Positions 1 through 13,656 of a DNA stretch of 64,000 nt are shown here, piece by piece. This DNA comes from Antechinus flavipes (taxonomy: Eukaryota): positions 242,730,001 through 242,794,000 of the forward strand of contig NC_067403.1 in the NCBI RefSeq assembly GCF_016432865.1, written 5' to 3'. Within the stretch, counting starts at the first letter, position 1; each line of letters opens with the position of its first letter. A model generated the notes under the pieces. It was not told the origin of the DNA, did no database searches, and saw only the letters and a program-made list of their open reading frames with translations. The position numbers and the translations under genes are program-made.

Positions 1-69
1 GAACATATTTTTTTGTTGAAGCTGATAGTTTTTTATGAGGTTACAGAATCAAGAATGTTGAGGAAGGTG

Positions 70-232
70 TTTAGCTTTTTATTTTTCAAAATACATGCAA
101 AAATAGTTTTCAACATTCACTCTGCCAAAATCTTGGATTCCAATTTTTTCTCCTTTCCTCCTTCCTTCCCCCTCCTTTGTACAGCAAGTAATCCAAACTA
201 TGATAAATGTGTGCAATTCTTCTAAGCATATT
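70..232 (-). mobile_element. L1 3' UTR fragment
   Basis: Marsupial L1 3' UTR pattern: pyrimidine-rich tract followed by CAGCAAGTAATCC..ATGTGTGCAATTCTTCTAAGCATATT. Confidence 0.7.
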
Positions 233-1149
233 CAGGAAATTGTCAATTATTCAACTAGACAGTACATATATTTCATGAAGGAAAACACTGTGAATATCCA
301 GAAATAAATGAATGAAACTATAAATTTCAATAAAAGAGGCTCATAAGGGGACATAAGTGAGTTAAAAGAATAAGAGAAAATAAAGTAATGGCAGCAAAAA
401 AAAAAAAAATAAAGAATATATCTTAGAAAGGAATATACAATAGGATTGAAATGGATGGCAGAGCAGAAGGATAAGTCCTGATCAGAGTATATCACAAATG
501 AAAATTTAGAACTTAAATGCCAGTTTAATTATTACTTACATGTCAATTGATTTCGTAAATGCCAAACTAATCTTGAAAATCATTACAAAAGTTATTAAAA
601 ATAAAAAATTGAAAAGGACAAGTCTTGAAATGATAAAAAGCACTATATTGTGAGTAAGGGAAAATTAATTTGTTCTAGATCATATAATTAGAATAAATGA
701 GTATAAATTATGTCTCACAATATGAATCCATGTGGGGATTGATTGATTTCAAATGGAGAGTAAATTCACATTTGGGTTGAAACTTGAACTCCAAATTTCC
801 TTTTCATGTATACAATATTGAGGTCATAGACAATGATGAGTGAGACTTATTGGGGAACGTTTGCTCCCTTGATGATTGAATTTGGCATTTGAAGATTTCA
901 GTTTTAAACATTAATTTTTAAATTATTACTTGCTAGACCCACAATTTAAAGATGAAGGGAATAAGTATATTACATGATGATTTAAATTTTAGAAATGTAG
1001 AAATTTTATATAGCATGTTTCTCACAAAACACCAGAAAACCATGTAGTTAAATAGTAATTAATTCCTACTGATAGATGAAGAAAGTCAAGCTGTTAAGAA
1101 TACAGAGGTCTTTGGTAGTTCTTTTCAACAATGAGATGATTGAGGCCAG

Positions 1150-1512
1150 TTCTAATGAGCTTGCAATGAAGAGAGCCATCTACACTCAGAGAGAGGACTG
1201 TGGGAACAGACTGTAGATCACAACATAGCATTCTCACTCTTTTCTATTGTTGTTTGCTTGCATTTTGTTTTCTTTCTCATTTTTTCCTTTTTGATCTGAT
1301 TTTTCTTGTGCAGAATAATAATTTTATAAATATATCTATATCTATCTATCTATATATTGAATTTAACATGTTTTATATATATTGAATTACTTGCCATCTA
1401 GGAGAGGGGGTGGGAAGAAAGGGGGAGACAATTTGGAGCACAAAGTTTTTCAAAGGACAGTGTTGAAAAATTATTTATGAATGTTTTGAAAAAAAAACAT
1501 TAATAAAAAAAG
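1150..1512 (+). mobile_element. L1 3' UTR with A-rich tail
   Basis: GAGAGCCATCTACACTCAGAGAGAGGACTGTGGGAAC...GAATTACTTGCCATCTAGGAGAGGGG...AATAAAAAAA. Absent from the paralogous OR2 upstream region. Confidence 0.8.
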
Positions 1513-2785
1513 AATACAGAGTTGCTTACCCCCAGGCTTTTATTTCACTTTCCTGCATCTTAATTACAGAAAGGTCAATTAGTTCACTGATGAAAAGTAC
1601 TTTGTTCAAAGTTGTCATTAGAACAATGAAAATTGACCAATCTTTCTTTCAAATTTCTAAGAACACATGGCAAAATAGAGTTAGAGGATACTAAAGTTAT
1701 CCTTGTTCAAGAATAAGCTGAAGTTCATAAAGTGTTTAATAGGTATTGATTTTTGTGGTTTCTGTATCTTTTAGATTTCACAATTCACAATTCACAAATT
1801 TAAGATGTCAGCATGAAATAAATCATGAAGAATTTGTGATAATATCCCATTGTTCCACATTTCCTTGGGATCAGAAATGAGGGGGACAGATTTGGATAGC
1901 ATTGACTTTATGCCAACACTGTGCTAAATGCTTTTAAAAAAAACAAAACAATTAATGTTTCTTTCAATCATCTTGAAAAGTAGTTATTATCATCACGATT
2001 TATGAAAGTAAACCAAGCTTAATAGCCAGGGTCACATAAATCGAAAGTGTCTGAGGCTATATTTGTCTCAGTACTTCATGACCTGAAGTTTAGGACTATA
2101 TCTACTGTGTCATCAGTTTCCATGGACAGTCGAATATAATCTTACCCTCTATTAAATTTAAAACAGAAGAAATTATACATATTTGGTAGGAATTCTTTGC
2201 CTTCAGGGACCATGCCCATGGCATTAGTCTATTATACATTCAAAAGATGTCCTATCAGCAAGTTTTGGGAAGATGATACCTTAAATATCATAAACACTTA
2301 TACTTTATTATTTACTTCTAAGGGACAATCAGGTATTCAGAACTGTGACATAGTCAGACAATGTTTTCCAAACCTACCAGGAGAAATCTGTAAAGAAATC
2401 AGTAAAGAGATTATCCTGCATACAAAAAGAGAAAAAAGAATGACAAGTAAATGTTTTTTCAAACTTTGCTAACATATGGATTAAATGTCATTCACTCAAA
2501 TAGCACTTGGAAAAGTCCTTTCTAACCTTAACCTTTATGGTTTAAGATACATTTTCTCCAGAGGAGTCTCTTCACAAAGGGAACTGACTATTGTCTTTAA
2601 AATGCATTGGGAAGGTGTAAAATTACAAAAACTTGAGAAACTTAAAAAAAATAACAACCTAATAACAATTGGGCCTTTGTTCTGGATGATTTGCTTACAG
2701 TTGTATATTGAATGATTTTAATTACTCCTTATTTTCTTTGCAGAGAAAGCCATTTCTTGTGATTCTGTTCTTTCATTTCGCATAG

Positions 2786-3715
2786 ATGGAAAAAGGAAGG
2801 AATGTGACAGAATTCATCTTATTAGGACTTACACAGAATCTGAAGATGCAGAAAGTAATATTTGTCTTGTTTCTGATCTTATACATAGCAACACTTACAG
2901 GCAATCTTCTCATTATGGTGACAATCATCAACAGTCAAACTCTAAACTCCCCTATGTATTTCTTCCTGGCACACTTATCTTTTATAGATACAATCTTTTC
3001 ATCTTCTTCAGCACCTAAACTTATTGTGGACTCCCTAAAAGAGAAGAAAACAATCTCCTTCAATTGGTGCATGACCCAAGTCTATGCAGAACATGCCTTT
3101 GGGGCTGCTGAGATCATCTTGCTCACAGTGATGGCCTATGATCGGTACGTTGCCATCTGTAAACCACTCCACTATACTACAATCATGAGCAGGAAGTTGT
3201 GTGGTCTGCTTGTGGGGGTAGCTTGGACAGGGGGCTTTCTCCATGCAACGATCCAGATTCTTTTCACAATATGGTTACCTTTTTGTGGACCCAACATTAT
3301 AGATCACTTCATGTGTGACTTGTACCCTTTGCTCAATCTTGTCTGCAGGGATACCCATACTCTTGGTCTATTTGTGGCAGCTAATAGTGGCTTCAACTGT
3401 CTGTTAAACTTCTTCCTCTTGATGATTTCTTATGCTGTCATTCTGCGCTCCCTGAAGAACCATAGTATAGAAGGCAGACGTAAAGCCCTCTCCACCTGTG
3501 TCTCCCATATCACTGTGGTTGTCTTATTTTTTTTGCCTTGTATATTTGTGTACCTGAGGCCAGTGATGACCCTTCCTGTAGATAAAGCTGTGGCTATCTT
3601 TTATAGTATGGTGGCTCCCGTGTTAAACCCTTTAATCTACACACTAAGAAATGCAGAGGTCAAAAATGCTATGAGGAAACTCTGGACTCAGAAAATGAAT
3701 TTAGGTAATAAGTAA
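2786..3715 (+). CDS. Olfactory receptor, class II family 4 subfamily C (OR4C12-like), intact 309 aa
   Basis: ORF carries the OR motifs [30 protein letters not shown] and [10 protein letters not shown]. The N-terminus [18 protein letters not shown] and [11 protein letters not shown] resemble human OR4C12 as recalled. Confidence 0.97.
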   Translation: MEKGRNVTEFILLGLTQNLKMQKVIFVLFLILYIATLTGNLLIMVTIINSQTLNSPMYFFLAHLSFIDTIFSSSSAPKLIVDSLKEKKTISFNWCMTQVYAEHAFGAAEIILLTVMAYDRYVAICKPLHYTTIMSRKLCGLLVGVAWTGGFLHATIQILFTIWLPFCGPNIIDHFMCDLYPLLNLVCRDTHTLGLFVAANSGFNCLLNFFLLMISYAVILRSLKNHSIEGRRKALSTCVSHITVVVLFFLPCIFVYLRPVMTLPVDKAVAIFYSMVAPVLNPLIYTLRNAEVKNAMRKLWTQKMNLGNK

Positions 3716-5384
3716 ATAGATCTGTTAGATAACATCCTTATAAATAATCATATATGAGAACTGAAAGCAAAGTATTAAATAGGACTAGTCCAATGGTCAT
3801 TGTGCCAGGGCCATGAGACTGAAAAATCATTGACAGTACTTGATACAAGTCATAGACTGGTGAGATCAGCAACTAATTACCCAGAAAAAAAGTAGATTTT
3901 GATATGGAATAATTTTTATCTCTCTCCTCCTCCAAAACTCTAGGTCGATCATTTCCACAATTTAAGATGTCTTTTGTCCCCTGCTCCCTTACCCAGCAGA
4001 CTCCTTTTCAGAATCCTCAAGATATTCCAAGGTTCCGTCTGATCTAAGCAAATATTCCTCCATTTCCCCTATGTGTGGACACTCCTCCCATGATCTAATT
4101 AAAAAAAGACTCATTGTATTTTAACAAGTGGATCTGAAGGCATTTGTTATACCTTATCCTAAAAGCTTTAGTTTAGAAAAGTTTGATCCTGTAATTGATA
4201 TTTACATCTCTGGTTTATGAATTTCCATAATTTTTAATTCCTTATTTCTATGATGGTCAAGAGGGAAAGAGAATGTGATAGATTAAATAATGAAAGAAAT
4301 TCACCTTAACTTCTTTTACTATCTGTTTTTTCCCAAATATATTACATTTAAAGTTTTATGTACTATAATTTTGAAGAACTTTATTATTTACAAAGCCTGC
4401 TTGAATTTCTCATGTCATTTGTTCAACATAACAGATAATTATGTAAATCTAAAGTTGAATTACTTATCTAATTTTATTCTATACAGAGCTAAAGGGAAAG
4501 AAGGGAAGATACCCTTTCCCAGAGGCTGAAGAACATGCTTTTAGAGAGTCCAACCTCCTTATCTAATACTTGTTTATGTTTTGTTTTTAATCAGTGAAGT
4601 ACTGAGAAATGTAGTGACTTCTAAAGGTCACATATTCAATATCATGTGAGATGGAATATGAAATATCAGAGGTAAATCTGAGGTTTTCTTCACTACAGGT
4701 GCAGTACAGTCATTCACTACATGCAACGATCTCTAAATGGATTGCTTCGGTTTGGATCACTAGCAATGCTAGAAAAAGAAACAATATTCCTGACTTTTGA
4801 CACTGAAATTATTATTACTCCATCATTGCTAGGGTCTAAAATTATGAGTTTTATCACCAGAATACAGCACAGTTTAGATTTGAAAGTCAGGTAGATATAA
4901 ATGTATGCCTTGTAAATTTCAGATCAATTAGAGATTGTCTCTTTTAAGTATTTTGCAGGAAGTATGGGGATTATTAAGAGCAAGTCTCTAAAATTCATCA
5001 CTTTTGATACCACAGACTTATTACATCACCTATTTTGCAATACCTCAGAGAATATCAATTGTAAACAGTACTTGATCAGAAAAAACATCCTTCCAAAAAT
5101 CATTCAAAACTTAAGTGATCAACCTATCTTTCCTAAATCATTTCTAGGTTATCTAAGTTTAGTACTCTACTCAGGCTACTCATTACCCTTCTGAATATCA
5201 CTCTGGTGGTTAATTTTTCCTGCCATTGAACTAAAATTTGTAAGTTATATTAATTCATCCAATTTGTTCCCTTTCTATATATATAGAATGATTCAATTTT
5301 CTAAGCTACATTACTGGAAAAGTAATCCCCCTCTCCCCCTTATTGATGGTATTATTACTGTCTGACTCTTCCTGACACCATTAG

Positions 5385-6290
5385 GGTTTTCTTTTTTCCT
5401 TTTTTTTTTTTTTTTAATATAACAATAGCTTTGTATTTTTCCAAAATACACACAAAGATAGATTTTAACCTCCCTCTCTGCAGAACATTGTTTTCCAAAA
5501 TTTTCTCCCTCCCTTCCCAATACTTCCTTCCCCTAGACAGTAGTTAAGGTTAAACATGTGCAATTGTTCTAAACATATTTCCACATTATTATGATGCACA
5601 AGTAAAATTAGATCAAAAGGGGGAAAAAGTGAGAACAAGAAAACAAACAACCACCACCACAACAAAAGTGAAAATACTATGTTTTGATCCACATTCAATT
5701 CCCAGAGTCCTCTTTTTGGGTACAGATAATTCTATTCATGATAAGACCATTGGAACTGACCTGAATCACCTTGCTATTGAAAAGAGCGATGATCATCACA
5801 ACTGATCATTGTATAATCGTGTTGTTGCTGTATACAATTTTCTCTGGGTTCTACTCACTTCACTTAGCATCAGTTCATGTAAGTCTCTCCAGGCCTTTCT
5901 GAAATCATCCTGCTTATTGTTTTTTATAGAACAATAGTATTCTATTACATTCATATGCTATAACTTATTCAGCCATTCTCCAACTGATGGGCATCCACTC
6001 AGTTTCCAGTTCCTTGCCATGATAAAAAGGGCTGCTACAAACATTTTTGCACATGTGGTTCCTTTTCCATTTTTTTATGATCTCTTTGGGATACAGGCTC
6101 AGGAAAGATACTGTTGTTGAATAAAATAAGGGCATGAACAGTTTGATAGCTGTTTGAGCTTAGCTCCATATTGCTATCCAAAATGCTTTGGTCAGTTCAC
6201 AACTCTACCAACAATGTATTAATGTCCCAGTTTTCACACATTCTTCTCCAACATTCATCATTATTTAAGAAAAGTAATTTCTTTAAACAA
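5385..6290 (-). mobile_element. L1 3' end (ORF2 C-terminus plus 3' UTR)
   Basis: Poly-T head, then the reverse L1 3' UTR and CATTCTCCAACTGATGGGCATCCACTCAGTTTCCAGTTCCTTGCC (ORF2 end). Confidence 0.88.
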
Positions 6291-7859
6291 CAGTCACTGT
6301 CTTCTTTTTCCTCCATGTCTCCTTCCTCAAAGTTCCATATTCCCAGAAATTTCAACCTATTCCTGTTTGGGATGTATGTTCACAATTATGAAATGTATTA
6401 TATCCAAATATGAAAAAAAAAAAAACAATTTTATGATGCTTCTTCCAATAATCATGAGTAAAAAGAATGCAATTATCTGTATCTTTCTCACTTTGTCCCA
6501 TCTAAATAACTATATTTTATTTCTTAAATAAAGGATTTTTTTTTGTTCAAAGTGGGTAATATTAAAAAGTTTATGGAACCACTTCTAGTTTTCTATAGAA
6601 TTATTGTAATTTGCAAAGTGGTACTAAAAGTTGAGAAATAATGAGAAAATAAAAAGTTCTAAAGAATGATATGATAAATTAATGTTAAATTCTGAGTTGT
6701 ATCAGGAACTTGAAGTAGAGAGAGATTTAGCAAAATATCAGGGAAATAAGAATCAATTACCATTTATAACTACAAGATATGCATTATCCACATAAACAGA
6801 GAGCAATGGACCACCCAAAAAATAATTAAATGTTTTCTGAGAAATGAAAATGAAAATATAAAGGTGTCATCTGAAGAGAAATAATCTCACCAGCGTCAGA
6901 GGAATAAATAATTAAGAAATAGTAGTTAGTATCTGCCTTCTAAATATGACTGAAGCAACTATTTTTCCAACTTGTGAAAATAGTAAGAGAGAGTCCTGAT
7001 ATTGACATATAGTCAATATCAGAGTATGACAAAGAGGCTTCAACAGCCTTCCAAACTGAGAAGACAACATCCCACTTTTGGTGATTGTCAAAGAAGTAAG
7101 TTATATTACAGGGAAAATAGACTAAAGATTGCTAATACTTAGTTTAAGTAATAAAATCTTCAGAAAAAATATATCCATTGTGTCCATCCTGGCCACAAAC
7201 TAAAGGAAAAGTTTGGAAAAAAAGATATTTGTATATGTTTATACATATACATATATGCATATGTGTATATTTGAAATTATTAGCTTGTTAAAAATTATTT
7301 CAGAATGCATAAAAAGAAGAGAATCTATATGCTCATAATTGCCTGTGCCTTAAATTTCAGTGCTGCAATCTTTCTGAGATAAGTAATCATGTGACAATGA
7401 TAAGTCTAGAGTCCATATGGCACTTTGCAGATCAGAGGACTCCTAGAATGTGAAAGAAGGGCCAACCCAGGGCAGAAATGGAGAAGGCCAAAAATTCCAT
7501 ATCCTAACATGGTAGGAGTTGGGTTTTGGAGTGGTTATTACAGCCTATTGACATAAGGAGACAGTCTTCAAGAAGTAAACAAGCAAATAAATGAATTAAA
7601 AGATTCATCCAATAAATTAATGACTTGATAAATCAAATAATAAAATTATATTTTTATAAACATACAAATAAATATTTATGTTTAGATTATTATTTATCAT
7701 ATTTATATTATATCTTATATAAATATAGTTATTTATATTATTATATATTAAATTATTATAAATAAATAAGAAGGTTTTTGAAACTCAAATAAGATATAGT
7801 AGGAAGTGCCCAGTGTATAATAAGTTCTAGGTAGATATTATTAAAATTATTATAAAAAA

Positions 7860-10110
7860 CAACCTAAAATAAAGGCATAAAAATAGAGGCCTAGATAACC
7901 TAACCGTATAATGTGCATCCAAAATTTACAACGCAACAGTAACAAAAGCAGAAGTTTTATTCACACTATAAGATATAGCAAAAATATTAGTTGAAAAGAC
8001 AGACTAAAAAATCTGCTCAAATCAGGCATATGAAACCAATACAAAAATTTAACTTATTTGCTTTAAATACCTGGAATTTAAATTCAAAAAGAAAAAAATA
8101 ACCGGAATAAAGAATAGATAATAATATAAAAATGACATGATATGTCAGTGTTCCTCTTTCTGTTTTGGATAAGTCTAAAAGAATGCTAAAAACAAAAAGG
8201 GAAAACAGAAATTGAAAAAAAAAAGTGGAGGAAGCAGTTGTTTTCCTTCTAAAGAGAATATATACATTTTCAGTATCACACAAAATCTTTTATGAGAAAT
8301 AATTTTATTTTAGAACAGATATATATGGTAAGCAAATTCTTTGCATACAACACAATTGAAATAGGAATCAAAATTCATTTTTTTCAAAAAAGAAATGTCA
8401 GTTGGGACTTATCAACTGAATTATAAATAATGTGTAGGCCAAAGAAAAAAATCTTTAAATAGTATATTAAAATGGTATTAATGACATAATTTTTCATTAA
8501 CACATTTCTGGTACATAACTAAATTTAAACTCAGAAGGGGGAAAACATCCCTAGAAATATATACCTAACCAAAATGGAACAAGAATAGTGATATTGCATA
8601 AATTACACACACACACACACATATATATAATATTCATTAATAATATAATGTTAAATATGTGTATATTATGTTATATTGTTAGTCATAGGTGCATATACAT
8701 ATATATATATATACATGTACACATATACTCATATACACATCTATAAAAAGATGCATCACCTTATATCAAAATGGAAATATGTCAAAAGAGAGATTAATAA
8801 AAATGAAAGTTAATAACAAATTGAACTAATGAGCAAAACTAGGAGCTGAACATGTAAAAAATAAAAGACATTAATGACTTGATGATTTAATTAAAAAAAA
8901 TAAAATATATCACTATCAAAAATGAAATTTGAATATACCATGGAAGATGATGAAATCAAACAATTATTAAGAGTTATTTTGACCAATGATATGCCAGTAA
9001 AATTGATAATTTAAGGGAAATAGATGAATACTTACCAAAAATTAGGAACTGACCAGGTAAACAGTAGAAAACCCACACATAACATTATTTTAAAAAGAAA
9101 AAAGAAACAAGCCATAAATGAACTCCCTAAGGAATAATCTCTATGATTGGATGAATTCACAAGTTAATTCTGCCAAATATTTAAGAAGCCATTAATCCCA
9201 ATAATCCATTAACCATTAATAAAACAGATAAAAATGTTCAGTCAAATTATTTTTATGGTACAAAGACTGATGCTTAAACTAGGAAAAGAAAAAATAAAAA
9301 TGAAAATTATAGACAAATTTCTCTAATTAATGCCAAGGCTAAACAAACAAATAAATAAGCAAATAAATGACATGAAATGAAATATTAGAAAGGACATTTT
9401 CAGCAATATCACAATGATCATTTGCCATGATCAGATAAGGTTTACACTAGAAATAAAGGATTAATTCAATATTATTAAAATTATAAGCATAATTGACCAT
9501 ATCAATTACAAAGAAAAAAATTATAGGATGATATAAATAGATACACGAAAGACAAAATACTACACTCATTGCTATTAAAACATCAGAAAGCATAGGAATT
9601 AAGGGATCATCTCATAAAATGATATGCAGTATTTATTTAATGCCAAGAGGAAACATAATTATTCAATATGGAGAAAAGCCAAAGGCTTTTTCAATAATGT
9701 TATGGGTGAAGTAATAATATTCACGATCGCCAAAACTATTATTAAAAAGTATATTAAAATGCTATCTTTAGTAATAAGAAAAAAGAAATCAAAGCCAAAA
9801 GATTAAAGACATGAGGAAACAAAACAATCACTCTTTATAGATGAAGTAGTATATTTACAGAAGCCTATAGAATCACTAAAAAAAAAAAATAGTAAAAGAA
9901 TAACAATCCATCAGGAGGAGAAAGATAAATTCTATTTAAAATCATTGCAAATAATAATTTTAAAAAATCATGTCAATCTATTTGCTAAGACAAAACCAGG
10001 GGCTATATGATACAATTACAAAGAACTTCTCATGCAAATAAAGACAAATCTTAAGTATATGAGAAAAAAATTGTTATTGTTCATGGGTAGCAAGAGCCAA
10101 TAACAATGAA
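7860..10110 (+). mobile_element. Old degraded L1 ORF2 (endonuclease to RT)
   Basis: A-rich sequence with recognisable L1 ORF2 segments such as AAAATTGATAATTTAAGGGAAATAGATGAATACTTAC and CAATCACTCTTTATAGATGA (FADD region). Confidence 0.75.
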
Positions 10111-10149
10111 AATTCTTCTTAAGAGAAAGCATTCAACCATAATGGTCTC

Positions 10150-10372
10150 CTTAAGCTGTCAGTACCAGTGCTGACTCTTTGAGATCTTGCCAAAAATACT
10201 GGAATGGATTATAATTTTCTTTTTCAGCTCATTTTTTGAAGAGGAAACTGTGACATCAAATTGTGTTAAGTGATTTGCCCATGATATACAGTTAGTAAGA
10301 GTCTGAGGCTGGATCTGATATCAGGTTCCTTTGAGTACAGGAACATTGCTCTGCTGTATCACATAGTTGACC
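10150..10372 (-). mobile_element. CORE-SINE (Mar1-like)
   Basis: GCCAAAATACTGGAATGG...GAGGAAACTG...GTTAAGTGATTTGCCC...GTAAGAGTCTGAGGCTGGATCTGA is the reverse of the CORE-SINE body. Confidence 0.75.
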
Positions 10373-10384
10373 TTGTTTTATATT

Positions 10385-10950
10385 TTTTAAATTTTGGCCT
10401 CAGTGTTCATTGGAGACAATGTCAATAGGCATGAAGTTAAAAGATGATCCTCCTTTTGAAGGAAAGCTATAGCAAATTTGGATAGCATACTAGAAAGCAA
10501 GGTTTTCATAAAATTATCATTTTTCCAAGAAACAATTCTGGCTTTGAGAGTTGGTTTATGAGGAAAGCTAAGAATTTCAGAATTCAACTTTCTAATTGTG
10601 GAGCTGGAGAAAACTTTGACAGTCCCTTGGGCAACAAGGAGGCCAAATCAACCAATATTTAAAGACATTAATTCAGGCTATTCATGCCAAGATCAAATAT
10701 TGAAGCTAAAGCTGAAATACTCTGGCCACCTAATGAGAAGGTAAGGCTCATTGGAAAGGACCTTGATTTGGAGAAAAATGGAAAGAAAAGGAGGGTGGCA
10801 GATATTCAGGTGCAAAGATAGTACCATGAAAATAGAAAAAAAAAAAAAAAAACTTGTATAGACTTTCAAAAAAGTGAAAGATATAAAGGCCAAGTGTGCT
10901 ATAGTCCGTGCGGTCCTGATAAATAAATATGATTAAATGATGACTAAATG
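10385..10950 (+). mobile_element. RTE (BovB-like) LINE 3' fragment
   Basis: GAAATACTCTGGCCACCTAATGAGAAG...CTCATTGGAAAGGACCTTGATTTGGAGAAA matches the recalled BovB/RTE 3' end. Confidence 0.8.
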
Positions 10951-11204
10951 ACTGAATAATATTGACAGAATACCGAATATCACTGGAAGAAGATACAATT
11001 GTCTGAGAATTTGCAGTTTTTCTTTGAAAACTGTCAATAAGTCAATAGTCAATAAGAAACTGAGTAGTAAATCTGTGTAATAAATCAGGTTCACAATCCA
11101 CTGTAGATCCAATATTTGGGGGACGAGTAATTATTTGATAAAGATTTCTGGAAGAACTGAAAAGCAGACTGGCAGAAACTAGCTATATATTATCTCCAGA
11201 GCCT

Positions 11205-11530
11205 CAAATATTGTTGTCTTAATTTGCATTTCTCTGATTCATAATGACTTGAAGCACTTTTCATATGACTAGAAATAGTTTCAATTTCTTCATCTGAGAA
11301 TTGTCTGTTCATATCCTTTGACCATTTAGCAATTGGAGAATGGCTTGATTTCTTATAAATTAGAATTAATTCTCTACATATTTTGGAAATAAAGCTTTTT
11401 TTCAGAACCTTTGACTGTAAAAATGTTTTCCCTGTTTATTGCTTCCCTTCTAATCTTGTCTGCATTAGTTTTGTCTGTATAAAAATTTTTCAATTTGATA
11501 TAATCAAAATTTTATATTTTGTGATCAATA
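11205..11530 (-). mobile_element. Younger L1 ORF2 fragment
   Basis: TTAATTTGCATTTCTCTGAT..TTCATCTGAGAATTGTCTGTTCATATCCTTTGACCATTT..ATTGGAGAATGGCTTGATTTCTTATAAATT. Confidence 0.85.
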
Positions 11531-11559
11531 TATGATGTAAAATGTTGCATACCCTTTGA

Positions 11560-12245
11560 TAAGTCCAGAAATAATCCATAGAGGCTATAGCCAAAAGATA
11601 TAAAGAAAAAAGAAAAAAAAGATATATGTGTACCAAAATATTTGTAAAAGTTTTTTTTTGTTGTTTGTTTTTTTGTGATTAGCCATTGGAAATTGAGGGG
11701 ATGCACGTCAATTAGAGAGTGACTGATTTAAGTTGTGGCATGTGATTTTTACAAAATGTTATCTCACTATAAAATGTAACAGGCAAGATATTTTCAGGGA
11801 AAAAAAAAACTTGAGGAAACCTATATGAACTGACGGAGAGTAAAATGAATAGACTCAAGAGAACATTGTACAAGCCACAGCAATGATGTAAAGATGATAA
11901 ACTGGGAATGGCTTATCTATTCTCAGCAATATAATAACTAAGACAATTCTGGAAGACTTAAGAAGAAAAGTACTATCTATTGTCGAAGAAAGAACTGACA
12001 TATACTTTCTTTTATTAAATTTGTTGTTTCTCTTTTATGTCTACATTTTCTTGTAATATGCCCAACATGGAAATTTTTTACATGATTGTATATGTATAAT
12101 TTGTAACAAATTGCTTGCTCAATGAGGAGGATGATAAGAGAGGCAATAAAGAGAAAATTTGGAACTCAAAATTTATGAAAAATGCAAATGTTGAAATTGT
12201 TTATTTATATGAAATCATGGAAAAAACTTTAAAAAAAAGAAGAAA
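11560..12245 (+). mobile_element. Older L1 3' end
   Basis: ORF2 C-terminal segment (GGAAATTGAGGGGATGC), 3' UTR and A-rich tail. Confidence 0.75.
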
Positions 12246-13600
12246 ATAATCAATACCGATTTTGTACCAATTTTCCTAATCTTGAAATGATATCATGTGT
12301 AGTCTCTCTCCACACTCTGCATCCTTGTGTAAACTCAGGAGGATTGGTCTTAATGGAACATTTACTCCATGGCTTTGAAGGTAGAGAGTGGAAACCCCAA
12401 AGGCAGGGAAAAGAGCCAACTAGACGTTTTTCCAATAAACAATTCGCCAAATCCCACCTCTATTCCTAAGGCAAAGCCCTTCAAAAATCATTAATAATTA
12501 GGTCCTCTGAGTAGGAAGTATGAGACACGAGAACAGGTCAGTATTTTTTTAGCCTCTTTAAATATGTTGTAAACAAAGAAGAAATCTCTTGTGGACAGGT
12601 TAAGTAAGAGGTGGAATAGTTTGAGAGAATCTCTTGTACTCATTTCTGCCATAAGCTTTCTCTATTGTCTTATGGTCATAGAAGTGAGCCTCTCATAATC
12701 CACTATTTTACTAAAGCAAAATTCAACCTAAACTTTTCTGGGAATATAGTTTCAATCCCAGCACTTCTCAAGAAGGTTCAGAGCTTGAATTATTTTGACC
12801 AAAAATATTGGTTTTCGTGTGTCTCTAAAATGTTGCTTTGAGGTATACTACACCTATCCCCTAAGAAGATATCTGTTATGAGAGGCTCTATTGTGAACAT
12901 GGATAATCCATGCATACTTAGATAGAACTGAAAATGTCTTATTAAACAAGGCTACTCCTGAATGTATCAGAAGCTACTCTCATCCAAATTAACAACAAAT
13001 GTAAGTTTGTTTTTACCTTAGCATTAAATTAAATTAAAATTTAATTCAAAATGAACTACTATTTGAATACTGTATTTCATGAAATATATTTTTGTTAGTT
13101 GCCTAACACTTTTTGTAAAGAAATTTATAATAATATATCAGATAATACAGGTAGCTGATGAAGTAGGTAATGAGCCAGGCTTGTATTTATGAAAACCCAG
13201 ATTCATAAGTCTTACCTTCAACAAAATAGATGTGACATTGGACAAGGCACTTAACTCCAGACAAATCTCTGATTATAAATTTCAAAGGAGGTATGAATGT
13301 GCATTAGTAAGGGATTTCTTTTGCGAGAGCCTAAATGAATGAATCATAGATCAAATTTGACAACAATAAGTTTCACGAAACACATTTATCTCTCTTTTAT
13401 CCACTTGTGATTGACCAGTGCCAGGGTATTAGTTCTGGACTCCTAAAATACCATGCATATATTGCACCATAGTGACAGAAGGTTATCTTAGGTGGATTTT
13501 TCACCCACAGAAGAAAGGAATCCCATTAGCAGAACTTCTTCCCAATGAGTCAAATCTTTTGGATTTTTTTAATATTATCAAGTTCTCTCTGTCTCTCTGT

Positions 13601-13605
13601 GGTGT

Positions 13606-13650
<45 letters not shown>

Positions 13651-13656
13651 TGTGTT
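13601..13656. repeat. (GT)n microsatellite
   Basis: Direct reading. Confidence 0.95.

Larger units (their letters stand above)
232..7650 (+). repeat. Ancient segmental duplication unit A1, paralogous to ~14965-19350
   Basis: Collinear non-coding matches, e.g. 712-900 vs 15372-15610, 1520-1700 vs 15865-16030 and 7285-7330 vs 18980-19035. Roughly 70-80% identity by eye. Confidence 0.85.

Noticed and set aside
3035-3244. Antisense ORFs over the OR genes (also 16845-17117 and 38382-38732) with similar peptides
   Set aside because: Their similarity follows from the conserved sense OR codons. Start positions and lengths differ between paralogs, so there is no sign of an independent gene.
11205-12245. 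Inverted L1 pair that looks like twin priming
   Set aside because: The minus piece looks much younger than the plus piece, so two independent insertions are more likely.
12330-12545. Possible OR2 promoter and first exon (TAATGG, CCCCAAAGG, ACAG|GTCAGT); similar candidates near 33750-33836 and 55680-55737
   Set aside because: The motifs are short, and no paralogous copy in the window tests their conservation. Too weak to call.
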